From NCBI GenBank assembly GCA_963741955.1, contig CAVUKB010000004.1:320001-384000 (forward strand): a stretch of DNA of 64,000 nt. The letters are read 5' to 3'. The notes under the pieces are model-generated. The model ran no database searches, was not told the DNA's origin, and saw only the letters and a program-made list of their open reading frames with translations. This document shows, piece after piece, positions 10,961 through 20,279 of the stretch; positions within the stretch are counted from its first letter, which is position 1; each line of letters starts with the position of its first letter. Position numbers and translations under genes: made by a program. Origin of the DNA: an uncultured Acidobacteriota bacterium. GTDB lineage: Bacteria > Acidobacteriota > Thermoanaerobaculia > Gp7-AA8.

Positions 10961-11922
10961 GCGTGGCCACTCCTCAGGACGGCGCCGCGGTCGAGCTGTC
11001 GAACGTCGTGAAACGCTTCGACGACGTGACGGCTCTCGACGGCGTCTCCTTCTCCGTCGAACCGGGCGAGATCTTCGGACTCGTCGGTCCGGACGGCGCG
11101 GGGAAGACGACCGTGATGCGGCTTCTCGCCGCGATCATGCTTCCCACCGCGGGGGAAGTGCGGGTGCTCGGCCGCGACACGCGGCACGATCCGGCGAAAA
11201 TCCAGGACGACATCGCATACATGAGCCAGCGCTTCGGGCTCTATCCCGACCTCTCCGTCGAGGAGAACATCCAGTTCTACGCCGATCTGTACGGCGAGGC
11301 GAAGAAGGGACGCGAAGAGCGGATCCAGCGGCTGCTCGACTTCAGCAACATGGGGCCCTTCCGCAAACGGCGGGCCGGAAAGCTCTCCGGCGGAATGAAG
11401 CAGAAGCTCGGACTGGCGTGCGCGCTGATCCACTCGCCCCGCGTTCTGCTCCTCGACGAGCCGACGAACGGAGTCGATCCGGTCTCGCGGCGCGACTTCT
11501 GGCGCATCCTGAACCAGCTCCTCGCACAGGGCGTCACCATCGTGGTCACCACCGCCTACCTCGACGAGGCCGAGCGCTGCAGCCGTCTCGCGATGATGCA
11601 CAAGGGGAAGATCGTCGCCCTCGACACTCCGGAGGGGATGAAGCGTCTCCTCGATGGCGTGGTGATCGAAGTCCGCTCGAATGATTCGAGAAGGGCGGCC
11701 GCGATTCTCAGGGAGCGATTCGGAACCAGCTCCGTGGTCCTCTTCGGTGACCGGGTGAACGTCGTCGCGCCCGCCGCCGCGGACGCGACCCGCGCGATCG
11801 AGACCGACCTGCGCGATGCAGACCTGACCCTCGACGAAGTTCGGGTGGTCGATCCGACTCTCGAGAATGTCTTCGTCACACTCCTCGGCGACGATCCGAA
11901 GGCGAGGGAGGAGGCGCGATGA
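10957..11922 (+). CDS. ABC exporter ATP-binding protein (YbhF N-half-like)
   Basis: GPDGAGKT, LSGGMKQK, LLLDEPTNGVDP. Confidence 0.95.
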   Translation: MSVATPQDGAAVELSNVVKRFDDVTALDGVSFSVEPGEIFGLVGPDGAGKTTVMRLLAAIMLPTAGEVRVLGRDTRHDPAKIQDDIAYMSQRFGLYPDLSVEENIQFYADLYGEAKKGREERIQRLLDFSNMGPFRKRRAGKLSGGMKQKLGLACALIHSPRVLLLDEPTNGVDPVSRRDFWRILNQLLAQGVTIVVTTAYLDEAERCSRLAMMHKGKIVALDTPEGMKRLLDGVVIEVRSNDSRRAAAILRERFGTSSVVLFGDRVNVVAPAAADATRAIETDLRDADLTLDEVRVVDPTLENVFVTLLGDDPKAREEAR

Positions 11923-12884
11923 GTCGCGAGATCGCAGTCTCGGTCCGCGAGCTCGAGCGGCGTTTCGGCGAGTTCATCGCCGTGAACCGCATCTCGCTCG
12001 ACGTCCGGCGAGGCGAGATCTTCGGATTCCTCGGGCCGAACGGCGCCGGCAAGTCGACCACCATCCGGATGCTCTGCGGCATTCTCACTCCCACGTCGGG
12101 AGGGGGCACCGTCGCCGGTTTCGACGTTCGGACCCAGTCGGAGGAGATCAAGTCGCACATCGGCTACATGAGCCAGAAGTTCTCTCTCTACGACGATCTC
12201 ACCGTGGAGGAGAACCTCGACTTCTACGCCGGGATCTACGGTATCCCGAACGGGAAACGCCGGGCTCGAAAGGAGTGGGTGCTCGAGATGGCGGATCTCA
12301 CAGAACAGCGTCACGTGCTGACCTCGACGTTGCCGGTCGGATGGAAGCAGCGCCTCTCCCTCGGTGCGGCGGTCCTGCACGAGCCGCCGATCGTCTTTCT
12401 CGACGAGCCGACCTCGGGGGTCGACCCGATCAGCCGCCGCCGGTTCTGGGAACTGATCTACCAGATGTCGGACGGGGGCGTGACGGTCTTCGTCACCACC
12501 CACTACATGGAAGAAGCGGAGTACTGCGAACGGCTCGGCCTCATCTACCGCGGAGAGCTGATCGCGCTCGGCACGCCGATGGAGCTGAAGACGGAGTCGA
12601 TGAAGGATGTGGTCCTCGACGTCCACTGTACGCGCCCGTTCGAAGCGATCGAGCCGCTGCAGAAGATGGAGTCGGTCGACGAGGTCGCGCCGTTCGGACA
12701 GGGGCTGCACGTGGTGACGAAGGATGCCGCGACGGCCGCGAGGGAGATTCCGCGGCTCCTCGAGTCGAAGGGATTCGAAGGGGTGGAGGTGCAGCGGATC
12801 GTCCCCTCTCTGGAGGACGTCTTCGTGTCGCTGATCGAGGAGCGGGAGCGGGAAGAAGGTCCGCAGAAGGAGTACTCGCGATGA
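11919..12884 (+). CDS. ABC exporter ATP-binding protein (YbhF C-half-like)
   Basis: GPNGAGKS, LPVGWKQR, FLDEPTSGVDP, TTHYMEEAE. Confidence 0.95.
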   Translation: MSREIAVSVRELERRFGEFIAVNRISLDVRRGEIFGFLGPNGAGKSTTIRMLCGILTPTSGGGTVAGFDVRTQSEEIKSHIGYMSQKFSLYDDLTVEENLDFYAGIYGIPNGKRRARKEWVLEMADLTEQRHVLTSTLPVGWKQRLSLGAAVLHEPPIVFLDEPTSGVDPISRRRFWELIYQMSDGGVTVFVTTHYMEEAEYCERLGLIYRGELIALGTPMELKTESMKDVVLDVHCTRPFEAIEPLQKMESVDEVAPFGQGLHVVTKDAATAAREIPRLLESKGFEGVEVQRIVPSLEDVFVSLIEEREREEGPQKEYSR

Positions 12885-14014
12885 AGTGGATGCGGGTGAA
12901 GGCGGTGGCGCGGAAGGAGTTCCTCCACGTGCTGCGCGATCCGCGGAGCATGGGGATGGGGATCGGAATTCCGATCATCCTTCTCCTTCTGTTCGGCTAC
13001 GCGCTCACGCTCGACGTCGACCGCGTTCCGACCGTGGTGTGGGACCAGGACCACTCGGTCGAGAGCCGCGAACTGATCCGCCGCCTCGACGGATCGAGAT
13101 ATCTCTCCATCGTGGGATACGTCACCGATTACCGCGAGCTCGCCGCGTTGATCGACCGTTCGGCCGCGATGGCGGGCTTCGTCGTTCCACCCGGATTTTC
13201 ACGGGACCTGCTGCGAGGGCGGGCTGCGACGGTGCAGCTCATCGTGGACGGGAGCGACGCGAACACGGCTTCCATCGCGAGCGGCTACTTCGACGCGATC
13301 GTGAGCGGCTACTCGCGAGAAGTCGCAGTGAAGAACGCCATGCGGCGGGGGCGGGCGGTTTCCTCCACGCCGATCGATCTGCGGCCGCGGGTCTGGTTCA
13401 ATCCGGAGCTGCAGTCGAAAAACTACATCGTTCCCGGGCTGATCGCGGTGATCATGATGGTCATCGCTGCTCTACTCACCTCCCTCACCGTCGCGCGGGA
13501 GTGGGAGACCGGAACCATGGAGCAGCTGATCTCCACGCCGGTGCGGGCACATGAGCTGATCTTCGGGAAGCTCGTCCCGTACTTCACCATCGGAATGCTG
13601 GACATTCTCATCGCGGTGCTGATGGGAGTCTTTCTCTTCCGGGTCCCGCTGCGCGGAAGCGTCCTGCTGGTATTCGCGCTGGGAGCACTCTACCTGGTCG
13701 GCGCCCTGTCGATGGGGATCCTGATCAGCATCATCACCAGGGGTCAGCTCCTCGCAAGCCAGATCGCAATGGTCACGACGTATCTCCCGGCGTTTCTTCT
13801 CTCGGGATTCATGTTCGACATCGCGAACATGCCCCGCGTGCTGCAGTTCCTCACCCATGTGATTCCGGCGCGCTACTTCATCAGCATCATCAAGGGGCTG
13901 TTCCTCAAAGGCGTCGGATTCAGCGTCCTCGCGATGGACACGATGTTCCTCGCCATTTTCGCGGCGGTTCTTCTCGTGATCGCCAACCTGACCTTCAGGA
14001 AGCGGCTGGAGTAA
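12881..14014 (+). CDS. ABC-2 permease (YbhS-like)
   Basis: KEFLHVLRD, WFNPELQS, AREWETGTMEQL; ATG at 12881 overlaps the upstream stop. Confidence 0.93.
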   Translation: MKWMRVKAVARKEFLHVLRDPRSMGMGIGIPIILLLLFGYALTLDVDRVPTVVWDQDHSVESRELIRRLDGSRYLSIVGYVTDYRELAALIDRSAAMAGFVVPPGFSRDLLRGRAATVQLIVDGSDANTASIASGYFDAIVSGYSREVAVKNAMRRGRAVSSTPIDLRPRVWFNPELQSKNYIVPGLIAVIMMVIAALLTSLTVAREWETGTMEQLISTPVRAHELIFGKLVPYFTIGMLDILIAVLMGVFLFRVPLRGSVLLVFALGALYLVGALSMGILISIITRGQLLASQIAMVTTYLPAFLLSGFMFDIANMPRVLQFLTHVIPARYFISIIKGLFLKGVGFSVLAMDTMFLAIFAAVLLVIANLTFRKRLE

Positions 14015-14020
14015 CGAACG

Positions 14021-15148
14021 ATGTGGGAACGGATCAAGCGCATCCTGATCAAGGAATTCCTGCAGATCAACCGCGATCCGCGGATGAAGGCGGTGATCTT
14101 CGTGATGCCGGTCATCCAGTCGCTGGTGTTCGGGTATGCGGTGACGACCGACCTCAGACACGTCCCGGTGGCGGTGTACGACACCGACCGCACGCCCGCG
14201 AGCCGGACCATGGTCGAGCAGTTCACCGGGTCGGGCTACTTCGACGTCGTCGACGTGATCTGGACCGACGAGACGGCGCGGGATCTGGTGGATCGAGGGG
14301 ACGTGAAGATGGTGATCCGGATCCGGAAAGGATTCGGAGCGAACATCGCCTCCGGACGCCCTGCACCGCTGCAGCTGATCGTCGACGGCTCGGACTCCAA
14401 CACCGCAGCGGTGATCCTCAACTACTCCAACCGAATCGTCAGCAAGGAAGACGTCAGACTGCTGGTGTCACGCCTGGAACGGCAGGGGTACCGCGGTCCA
14501 CCGGCGGCGGTTTCGCTGCGCTCCCGCGCCTGGTTCAATTCCAACCTCGAGAGCCGGAACTTCTACATTCCCGGCGTGGTGGCGCTGCTGGTCACCCTGG
14601 TGACGCTTCTTCTGACCAGCATGGCGGTGGTGCGGGAGAAGGAGATCGGAACGATCGAGCAGATCATCGTCACTCCGATCCGGAAGGGCGAGTTCATCAT
14701 CGGGAAGAGCGTCCCGTTCGCGCTGATCGCGTTCATCGACGTCTTCTTCGTCACTCTCGTCGCCACCCTCTGGTTTCACGTCCCGATCCGGGGGAGCATC
14801 CTCCTTCTGCTCGCGGCGACGGCACTCTTTCTGATGAGCACCATCGGGATCGGTCTTCTGATCTCCACGGTCAGCAGCACCCAGCAGCAGGCGATGATGG
14901 GGACGTTCTTCTTCTTCATGCCCGCATTGCTCCTGTCGGGGTTCATGTTTCCCATCGCCAACATGCCGGAGCCGATCCAGTGGCTCACGTATCTCAATCC
15001 GATCCGCTACTTTCTGGTCATCGTCCGCGGCATCTTCCTCAAGGGAACCGGTGTCGCGGTGCTCTGGCCCCAGATGGCGGCGCTCGGCCTGCTCGGTGTG
15101 ACCATGCTGACCATCGCATCGAGCCGCTTCAGGAAAACACTCGCGTGA
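14021..15148 (+). CDS. ABC-2 permease (YbhR-like)
   Basis: KEFLQINRD, VREKEIGTIEQ, LLSGFMFPIANMP. Confidence 0.93.
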   Translation: MWERIKRILIKEFLQINRDPRMKAVIFVMPVIQSLVFGYAVTTDLRHVPVAVYDTDRTPASRTMVEQFTGSGYFDVVDVIWTDETARDLVDRGDVKMVIRIRKGFGANIASGRPAPLQLIVDGSDSNTAAVILNYSNRIVSKEDVRLLVSRLERQGYRGPPAAVSLRSRAWFNSNLESRNFYIPGVVALLVTLVTLLLTSMAVVREKEIGTIEQIIVTPIRKGEFIIGKSVPFALIAFIDVFFVTLVATLWFHVPIRGSILLLLAATALFLMSTIGIGLLISTVSSTQQQAMMGTFFFFMPALLLSGFMFPIANMPEPIQWLTYLNPIRYFLVIVRGIFLKGTGVAVLWPQMAALGLLGVTMLTIASSRFRKTLA

Positions 15149-15149
15149 G

Positions 15150-16502
15150 GTGAACCCGATGAGATCGATCGAACGACAGATGTCCCGGACGCTGCAGGCG
15201 TTCGGAGTGACTGCAGCACTGACCCTCCTGCTGAGCGCCGGGCCGGCCCGCGCACAGGACCCGACGTCGATTCCGTCGCCGCTCACTCTCGACGACGCCG
15301 TGACTCTCGCGTTGCAGAACAACCCGGCATACCTCGGGGCCCGGGAGAGCGTCGCGTCTGCGAACGCGGACGTCGATCTCGCGCGCTCCGCGTACCTGCC
15401 GCAGGTCGGTGCAGAGGCGCAGTACCGCAGGTTCGAGACTCACCTCTTCTTTCCCTCCAGCCTCTCGAAGGTCGTGCCGAGCAGCGTGATCGGTCCGGAG
15501 GACGACTGGCTCGGCGCGTTCACCCTCTCGTACGACCTGTACGACGGTGGCGCTCGAAAAGGCCAGTTGAACGCGGCGAAGGCGGGAGTCACTGCGGCGG
15601 GATCGATGAGTGAAGCGAGGCGGGCGGATACCGTGATGCGAGTTCATCGCGCGTACTTCGGGCTGCTCAGTGCCCTGGAGAACGAAGAGGTCGCGCGGAA
15701 GAGCGTCGATCGAAGGAAGGAGCATCTGCGCGTCGCGGAGAAACGGAAGGCCGCGGGCGCCGTTCCTCAGCTCGACGTGCTCCGGGCCCGATCGGCACTC
15801 GCCGACGCCGAGCTCGCGTTGATCTCGGCGAAAGGAGACGTCGAGGTCGCACGCGGAGAACTGAGCACGGCGATGGGTGAGCCGGTCGAAGCGGAGTACC
15901 AGGTGGAGCAAGCCGGAGCGCCGCAGGCGGCGCCTCCGGAAGACGCCACGCCTCTCTTGAAAAGGGCGACCGAACAGCGATCGGAAGTCCGTGCGGCAGA
16001 AGCTGGAGCGAACGCCGCCGCAGACAGGGTCGACATCGCATCGAGCGGAAAGCGCCCCAGGGCGTTCGTCCGCGGCCGGTACGGTGTCCGCGACAGCGTC
16101 TTTCTTCCGGAAGATCCCGACTGGTCGCTCGGAGTCGGGGTGTCGTATTCGATCTTCGACGGCGGCGCGACGGCCGCGCGTGTCCGGAAGAACGAAGCGG
16201 AACGGCGGATGAGCGAGCAGCAGCTCCGGGAGACGCTCGACTCGGTGCGCCAGCAGGTCTGGGAGGCGTGGACCCGCGCCCGCGAGAGCTGGGAGTCGGT
16301 CGAAGCGGCGAAGGCGGCCGAAACGGAAGCGGACGCGGCGCTCCGATTCGCACGACTCCGATACGAAGCCGGAGCGGGAACGATCACCGACGTCATCGAC
16401 GCAGAGAGCGCCGTTGCAGCGGCGTCGGGACGAGTGGTTCGGACCAGATACGCGTACCGGACGGCGATGAGCGCGCTCGAACGGGCCACCGGGAAGATGT
16501 GA
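15150..16502 (+). CDS. TolC family outer membrane efflux protein
   Basis: Signal peptide, LTLDDAVTLALQNNP, YLPQV, RYEAGAGTITDVIDA; true start may be 15180. Confidence 0.9.
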   Translation: MNPMRSIERQMSRTLQAFGVTAALTLLLSAGPARAQDPTSIPSPLTLDDAVTLALQNNPAYLGARESVASANADVDLARSAYLPQVGAEAQYRRFETHLFFPSSLSKVVPSSVIGPEDDWLGAFTLSYDLYDGGARKGQLNAAKAGVTAAGSMSEARRADTVMRVHRAYFGLLSALENEEVARKSVDRRKEHLRVAEKRKAAGAVPQLDVLRARSALADAELALISAKGDVEVARGELSTAMGEPVEAEYQVEQAGAPQAAPPEDATPLLKRATEQRSEVRAAEAGANAAADRVDIASSGKRPRAFVRGRYGVRDSVFLPEDPDWSLGVGVSYSIFDGGATAARVRKNEAERRMSEQQLRETLDSVRQQVWEAWTRARESWESVEAAKAAETEADAALRFARLRYEAGAGTITDVIDAESAVAAASGRVVRTRYAYRTAMSALERATGKM

Positions 16503-16644
16503 GGAGAGCGCGTCGCTGAGATCTCCGAGTGCTGGGGCGATCGCGAGTTCCTCGAGGGTGACACGTCACGTCAGCACTCGGGTGTGCTGAATGCTCGCCC
16601 GAGTGCTCGCCGTGGCCGTGTCGTCGTTTCAGTCGTCCGGGCGT

Positions 16645-17424
16645 CTACTCGACGCGTGGGGACAACACCGTAATGTGCTGTGTGGCGTTGTTCGTCAGCG
16701 TGACCATCCCCCAGAGGTGCGGAGTCGCGTCGATCGCCTCCACCGTGATGCGATAGCGTTCCACCGTCGCCAGTTCGGGATGACGTCCCGCGAGATCCGG
16801 AATCTCCGCGTAACCCGGGACGAGCCTGTTCCCGGCCGGCAGGGTCAGGACCTCCTCGGCGATCAGCGGGTCCGGATTCACGTCCCCGATCGGCACCCGT
16901 TGTGCCGGGTTCAGGGCGAAGAACTGCACGCGCACCGTCACCGGGACGTCACCGAACTGATAGATCCGCAGCATCACGCGATACCCCGGAGTGGACGGGA
17001 CGTCGAGGATGGAAAAGATGCTGATTGGAGCCGCCGACTCTTTGACGGTGGGCAATTCGGTGCCCCAATCCTCGCTCTGCCGCGACAGGTCTCTGCCTCG
17101 CAACTGGATGGCGACGTCGGGGGTAGCTGAGGCAGGAGACACGTACAGATATGCTCCCTGCAATGCATTTCCCAGGAGGTGTGCATAGAACGTTCGTTCC
17201 GGCGGGACCGGCTGTTGAGGGCACTCGATATGACAGTTCTGATCGTATCCGTCGATGAGGATCGGCTCCGCTCCCTGGTTCAGCATCGACAGATCCGTCG
17301 TCCATTCGGAACCGTAAGCGCCGTCGATCGCGGTGAGCGTGTAAACTGGAATGAGGATACGCTCTGTATCCTGGCCGAATACGCTGAGCGGAAACAACAA
17401 GGCGAGAATCGCGAGACGTTTCAT
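16645..17424 (-). CDS. Secreted hypothetical protein, paralogue 1
   Basis: Signal peptide MKRLAILALLFPLSVFG; near-identical to 17613-18398. Confidence 0.85.
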   Translation of the reverse strand: MKRLAILALLFPLSVFGQDTERILIPVYTLTAIDGAYGSEWTTDLSMLNQGAEPILIDGYDQNCHIECPQQPVPPERTFYAHLLGNALQGAYLYVSPASATPDVAIQLRGRDLSRQSEDWGTELPTVKESAAPISIFSILDVPSTPGYRVMLRIYQFGDVPVTVRVQFFALNPAQRVPIGDVNPDPLIAEEVLTLPAGNRLVPGYAEIPDLAGRHPELATVERYRITVEAIDATPHLWGMVTLTNNATQHITVLSPRVE

Positions 17425-17440
17425 GGAGTTCCCCCGGATA

Positions 17441-17512
17441 TCAGTTGAAGTACGGCTATGAAGAGCAGTCGGTCATTGGCCGATACCCCGTCGTTGTCGA
17501 AGTTCGCCGGAA
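17441..17512 (-). pseudogene. Orphan copy of the subtilase 3' end
   Basis: Encodes PANFDNDGVSANDRLLF, matching the subtilase end PANFDNDGVPANDRLLFMPYFN, with a 1-bp insertion. Confidence 0.85.
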
Positions 17513-17540
17513 AATGTTCCTCGAAAATGACCGGCCGCGG

Positions 17541-17575
17541 GAGCACTCGGGAGATCGATTTCTCCCGAGTGCTCG
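17541..17575. terminator. Strong hairpin downstream of paralogue 2
   Basis: gagcactcgggaga..tctcccgagtgctc; diverged counterpart near 16573-16608; no U-tract. Confidence 0.45.
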
Positions 17576-17612
17576 CCATGACAATGTCGTTGCGTTGCGG
17601 TCGCCCGAGGTT

Positions 17613-18398
17613 CTACTCCACCCGTGGCGACAGTACCGTGATGTGCTGCGTGGCGTTGTTCGTCAGCGTGACCATCCCCCAGAGGCGCGGAGTCGCGTCG
17701 ATCGCCTCCACCAGGATGCGATAGCGTTCCACCGTCGCCAGTTCGGGATGACGTCCCGCGAGATCCGGAAGCTCCGCGTAACCCGGGACGAGCCTGTTCC
17801 CGGCCGGCAGGGTCAGGACCTCCTCGGCGATCAGCGGGTCCGGATTCACGTCCCCGATCGGCACCCGTTGTGCCGGGTTCAGGGCGAAGAACTGCACCCC
17901 CACCTCGAGCGGCACGTCGGCGAACTGATAGATGCGCAGCATCACGCGATAACCGGGTGTGGATGGGACGTCGAGGATCGAAAACGTACCGATCGGAGCC
18001 GCGGACTCCCTGACCGTCGGTATCTCCGTCCCCCAGTCCTCGCTCTGTCGGGACAGGTCTCTGCCCCGAAGCTGGATGGCGACGTCTCGTGTGGCTGACG
18101 GAGGAGAGACCCACAGAAAGACGCCGTGCAGAGCGTTTCTCAGTAAGGAGGATGGATAGAACGTCCGACCCGGCGGCGTAGGCTGTGTAGGACCACACTC
18201 GATGTGGCAAAGCTGGTCGTAGCCGTCGATCAGGATGGGCTGGGATCCCTGGTTGAGCATCGCCAGATCCGTCGTCCATTCGGAACCATAAGCACCGTCG
18301 ATCGGCGTGGGCGTAAAGACCGGAATCAGGACGCGCTCCATCTCCTGGCCGAACACGCTGAGCGGAAACAACAAGGCGAGAATAGCTAAACGTTTCAT
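17613..18398 (-). CDS. Secreted hypothetical protein, paralogue 2
   Basis: Same signal peptide and GAYGSEWTTDL motif; start 17 nt after the subtilase stop. Confidence 0.85.
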   Translation of the reverse strand: MKRLAILALLFPLSVFGQEMERVLIPVFTPTPIDGAYGSEWTTDLAMLNQGSQPILIDGYDQLCHIECGPTQPTPPGRTFYPSSLLRNALHGVFLWVSPPSATRDVAIQLRGRDLSRQSEDWGTEIPTVRESAAPIGTFSILDVPSTPGYRVMLRIYQFADVPLEVGVQFFALNPAQRVPIGDVNPDPLIAEEVLTLPAGNRLVPGYAELPDLAGRHPELATVERYRILVEAIDATPRLWGMVTLTNNATQHITVLSPRVE

Positions 18399-18414
18399 GG
18401 AGTTCTCCCGGATA

Positions 18415-19824
18415 TTAGTTGAAGTACGGCATGAAGAGCAGTCGGTCATTAGCCGGTACCCCGTCGTTGTCGAAGTTCGCCGGAAGTGCATGCGCTGAGT
18501 TATAGATCTTGGTCCAGATCATGCGTGGCGAGCTCGAAGGGAACTGTTGGAGATACCGCGCGGCCGCACCAGTCACCAACGGTGCGGCAAACGAAGTACC
18601 TGACGAAACCAGCTCGACCGTTTCAAGAGGATGCAGCCACTGCGGGTCGTCTCGATACGCGGTGGAGGAGGCGATGTGGGCTCCGTGGATCGTATATGCG
18701 GGAGCGTAGATGCTGACGCATGGACCGACATTGGACCCGGCATCCCGCGGACCACACGAGGCACACCTGTAGAGTTGATCACTCTCGTTCGTCCCACCAA
18801 CGGTGATGACGAGATTCTGGTCGGGATCGTTCGGGTTGGTGAAGATGCCTCCGTAGCCCAATCGCGCAGGACTCTGAGTACCGCAGTTGTTGCCCGCTTG
18901 GTTGTTCGCGGAAGCCACCATCACGATGTTCGACTGGAGCATGTTCATGATGACGTACTCCAGCGATGAAACGCAGTTGAACGTACCGCCCTGCGTGTCC
19001 GTGCAGTTATCACTGGTCTCGAAGTAGAAGCTCATGTTGACGACGGATCGCCGCCCCGAGGCGGCGACTTGTCCGCTGATCCAATCAAGTCCCCACATGG
19101 CTCCTACCGTGTAGAAGTTTCTCAGCACGCCAAAGTTATTGCATCCGCTATAGAACTTCACCGGAATGATCCGGGCCGAGCGCGCGACCCCGGTGCTGTA
19201 TCCGGCGACGAGCGACGCGACCGCGGTGCCGTGTCCGCCATTGTAGTAGTCGTACCATCCTCCGCAGGGATCGTCGGCGGGGTACTGAGTTGGTGGGTAC
19301 GGCACATCGAGGCCGGCGTAGTTAGCGCCCGACGTTACCTGCCCCGCGTAGAACTCGGAATGATTGTTCTTGACGCCACCATCGAGGACGTAGACGTCGA
19401 CACCGTAGCCATCGTACGTGTAGCTGTATGGCTGTCCATCGAGCGGTAGATTCTGCTGATCGATCCGATCCAGATGCCACGGCGGGCTGGAAAGATGCAC
19501 GACTGCGGCTTCTTCGATCATCTTGATTCTCGGATCGTGAAGAAGGCCCAGAACCTGTTGCTCAGTCGCATGGATCGCGAACCCGGGAATGCCGTGTTCG
19601 TAGATCGCGACCACTCTCCCCCGCGCACGGGACGCCATCTCGCCAGCAACCGAGCGAACGTGCGACAGCGGCACGGCGCTGTCGTTCAGAAGGATGATGT
19701 ATTCGTCCTTCACTTTCTCGGGCGATCTATGGAAGAGCGCCCCGGTGGGTTGTGCGAACACGAGTGACGCGCTGAAGCACAGGAAGAGCGTAACACACGA
19801 TCGAATCAGATCTTTGCGGTTCAT
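18415..19824 (-). CDS. S8 subtilisin-like serine protease (proteinase K/aqualysin-like) with I9 propeptide
   Basis: Signal peptide, EYIILL propeptide, PWHLDRIDQ, triad VLDGG / GHGTAVA / SGTSFAAP. Confidence 0.93.
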   Translation of the reverse strand: MNRKDLIRSCVTLFLCFSASLVFAQPTGALFHRSPEKVKDEYIILLNDSAVPLSHVRSVAGEMASRARGRVVAIYEHGIPGFAIHATEQQVLGLLHDPRIKMIEEAAVVHLSSPPWHLDRIDQQNLPLDGQPYSYTYDGYGVDVYVLDGGVKNNHSEFYAGQVTSGANYAGLDVPYPPTQYPADDPCGGWYDYYNGGHGTAVASLVAGYSTGVARSARIIPVKFYSGCNNFGVLRNFYTVGAMWGLDWISGQVAASGRRSVVNMSFYFETSDNCTDTQGGTFNCVSSLEYVIMNMLQSNIVMVASANNQAGNNCGTQSPARLGYGGIFTNPNDPDQNLVITVGGTNESDQLYRCASCGPRDAGSNVGPCVSIYAPAYTIHGAHIASSTAYRDDPQWLHPLETVELVSSGTSFAAPLVTGAAARYLQQFPSSSPRMIWTKIYNSAHALPANFDNDGVPANDRLLFMPYFN

Positions 19825-20187
19825 TTCACTTCTTTCCTTTCCCTTCTCAGTTCCGACGGTGGGGTTCCGCGCGGTGACGGTCCCTTCAATTGAGGAGTAC
19901 CGGGAGGGTGGTGTTTCGGTACCCAGGGCCGAATTGCTGTGACCGTTTCGTCACACGCCACCCTGACCCGGATCGCCGGGATCGAGAGGATTCGAAGGTC
20001 GGAAGGCCGGAGAGAAATCCGAAACGCATCGAGGATCGAGGATCTGAGCGCGGCAGGATCGCTTCTCTTCCTCTCCACGGTTGCGCGAGGGGCGCCGCGG
20101 CTTCTGCCGCGGCGGCACGGCGAGAGCCGTGCAGCTCCAATGGGTCTCCGGAGTGTCGCAACGGACGTTTCCGCGCAGCTCCCTGCT

Positions 20188-20236
20188 CCGCATTTCTCAG
20201 TCGTCTTAGGAGCAGAGGCGGTGTGAGAAATGCGGG
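20188..20236. mobile_element. Miniature (internally deleted) MITE copy
   Basis: ccgcatttctca..ggtgtgagaaatgcggg, same ends as the 177-bp elements. Confidence 0.75.
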
Positions 20237-20279
20237 CCCGGTTTCTCTCTCCGCTCACTTCGGGCAAAATGGAGCCGCC

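Noticed and set aside
11867-12880. 715-aa version of the first ABC permease
   Set aside because: The upstream part overlaps the ATPase in another frame; the permease starts at 12881
16645-18398. Diversity-generating retroelement template/variable repeat pair
   Set aside because: No reverse transcriptase; whole genes are duplicated and differences are not visibly adenine-specific
19890-20279. 130-aa N-terminal extension of the Rieske oxygenase
   Set aside because: Runs through palindromic repeats and a mini-MITE; the family-like sequence starts at 20280
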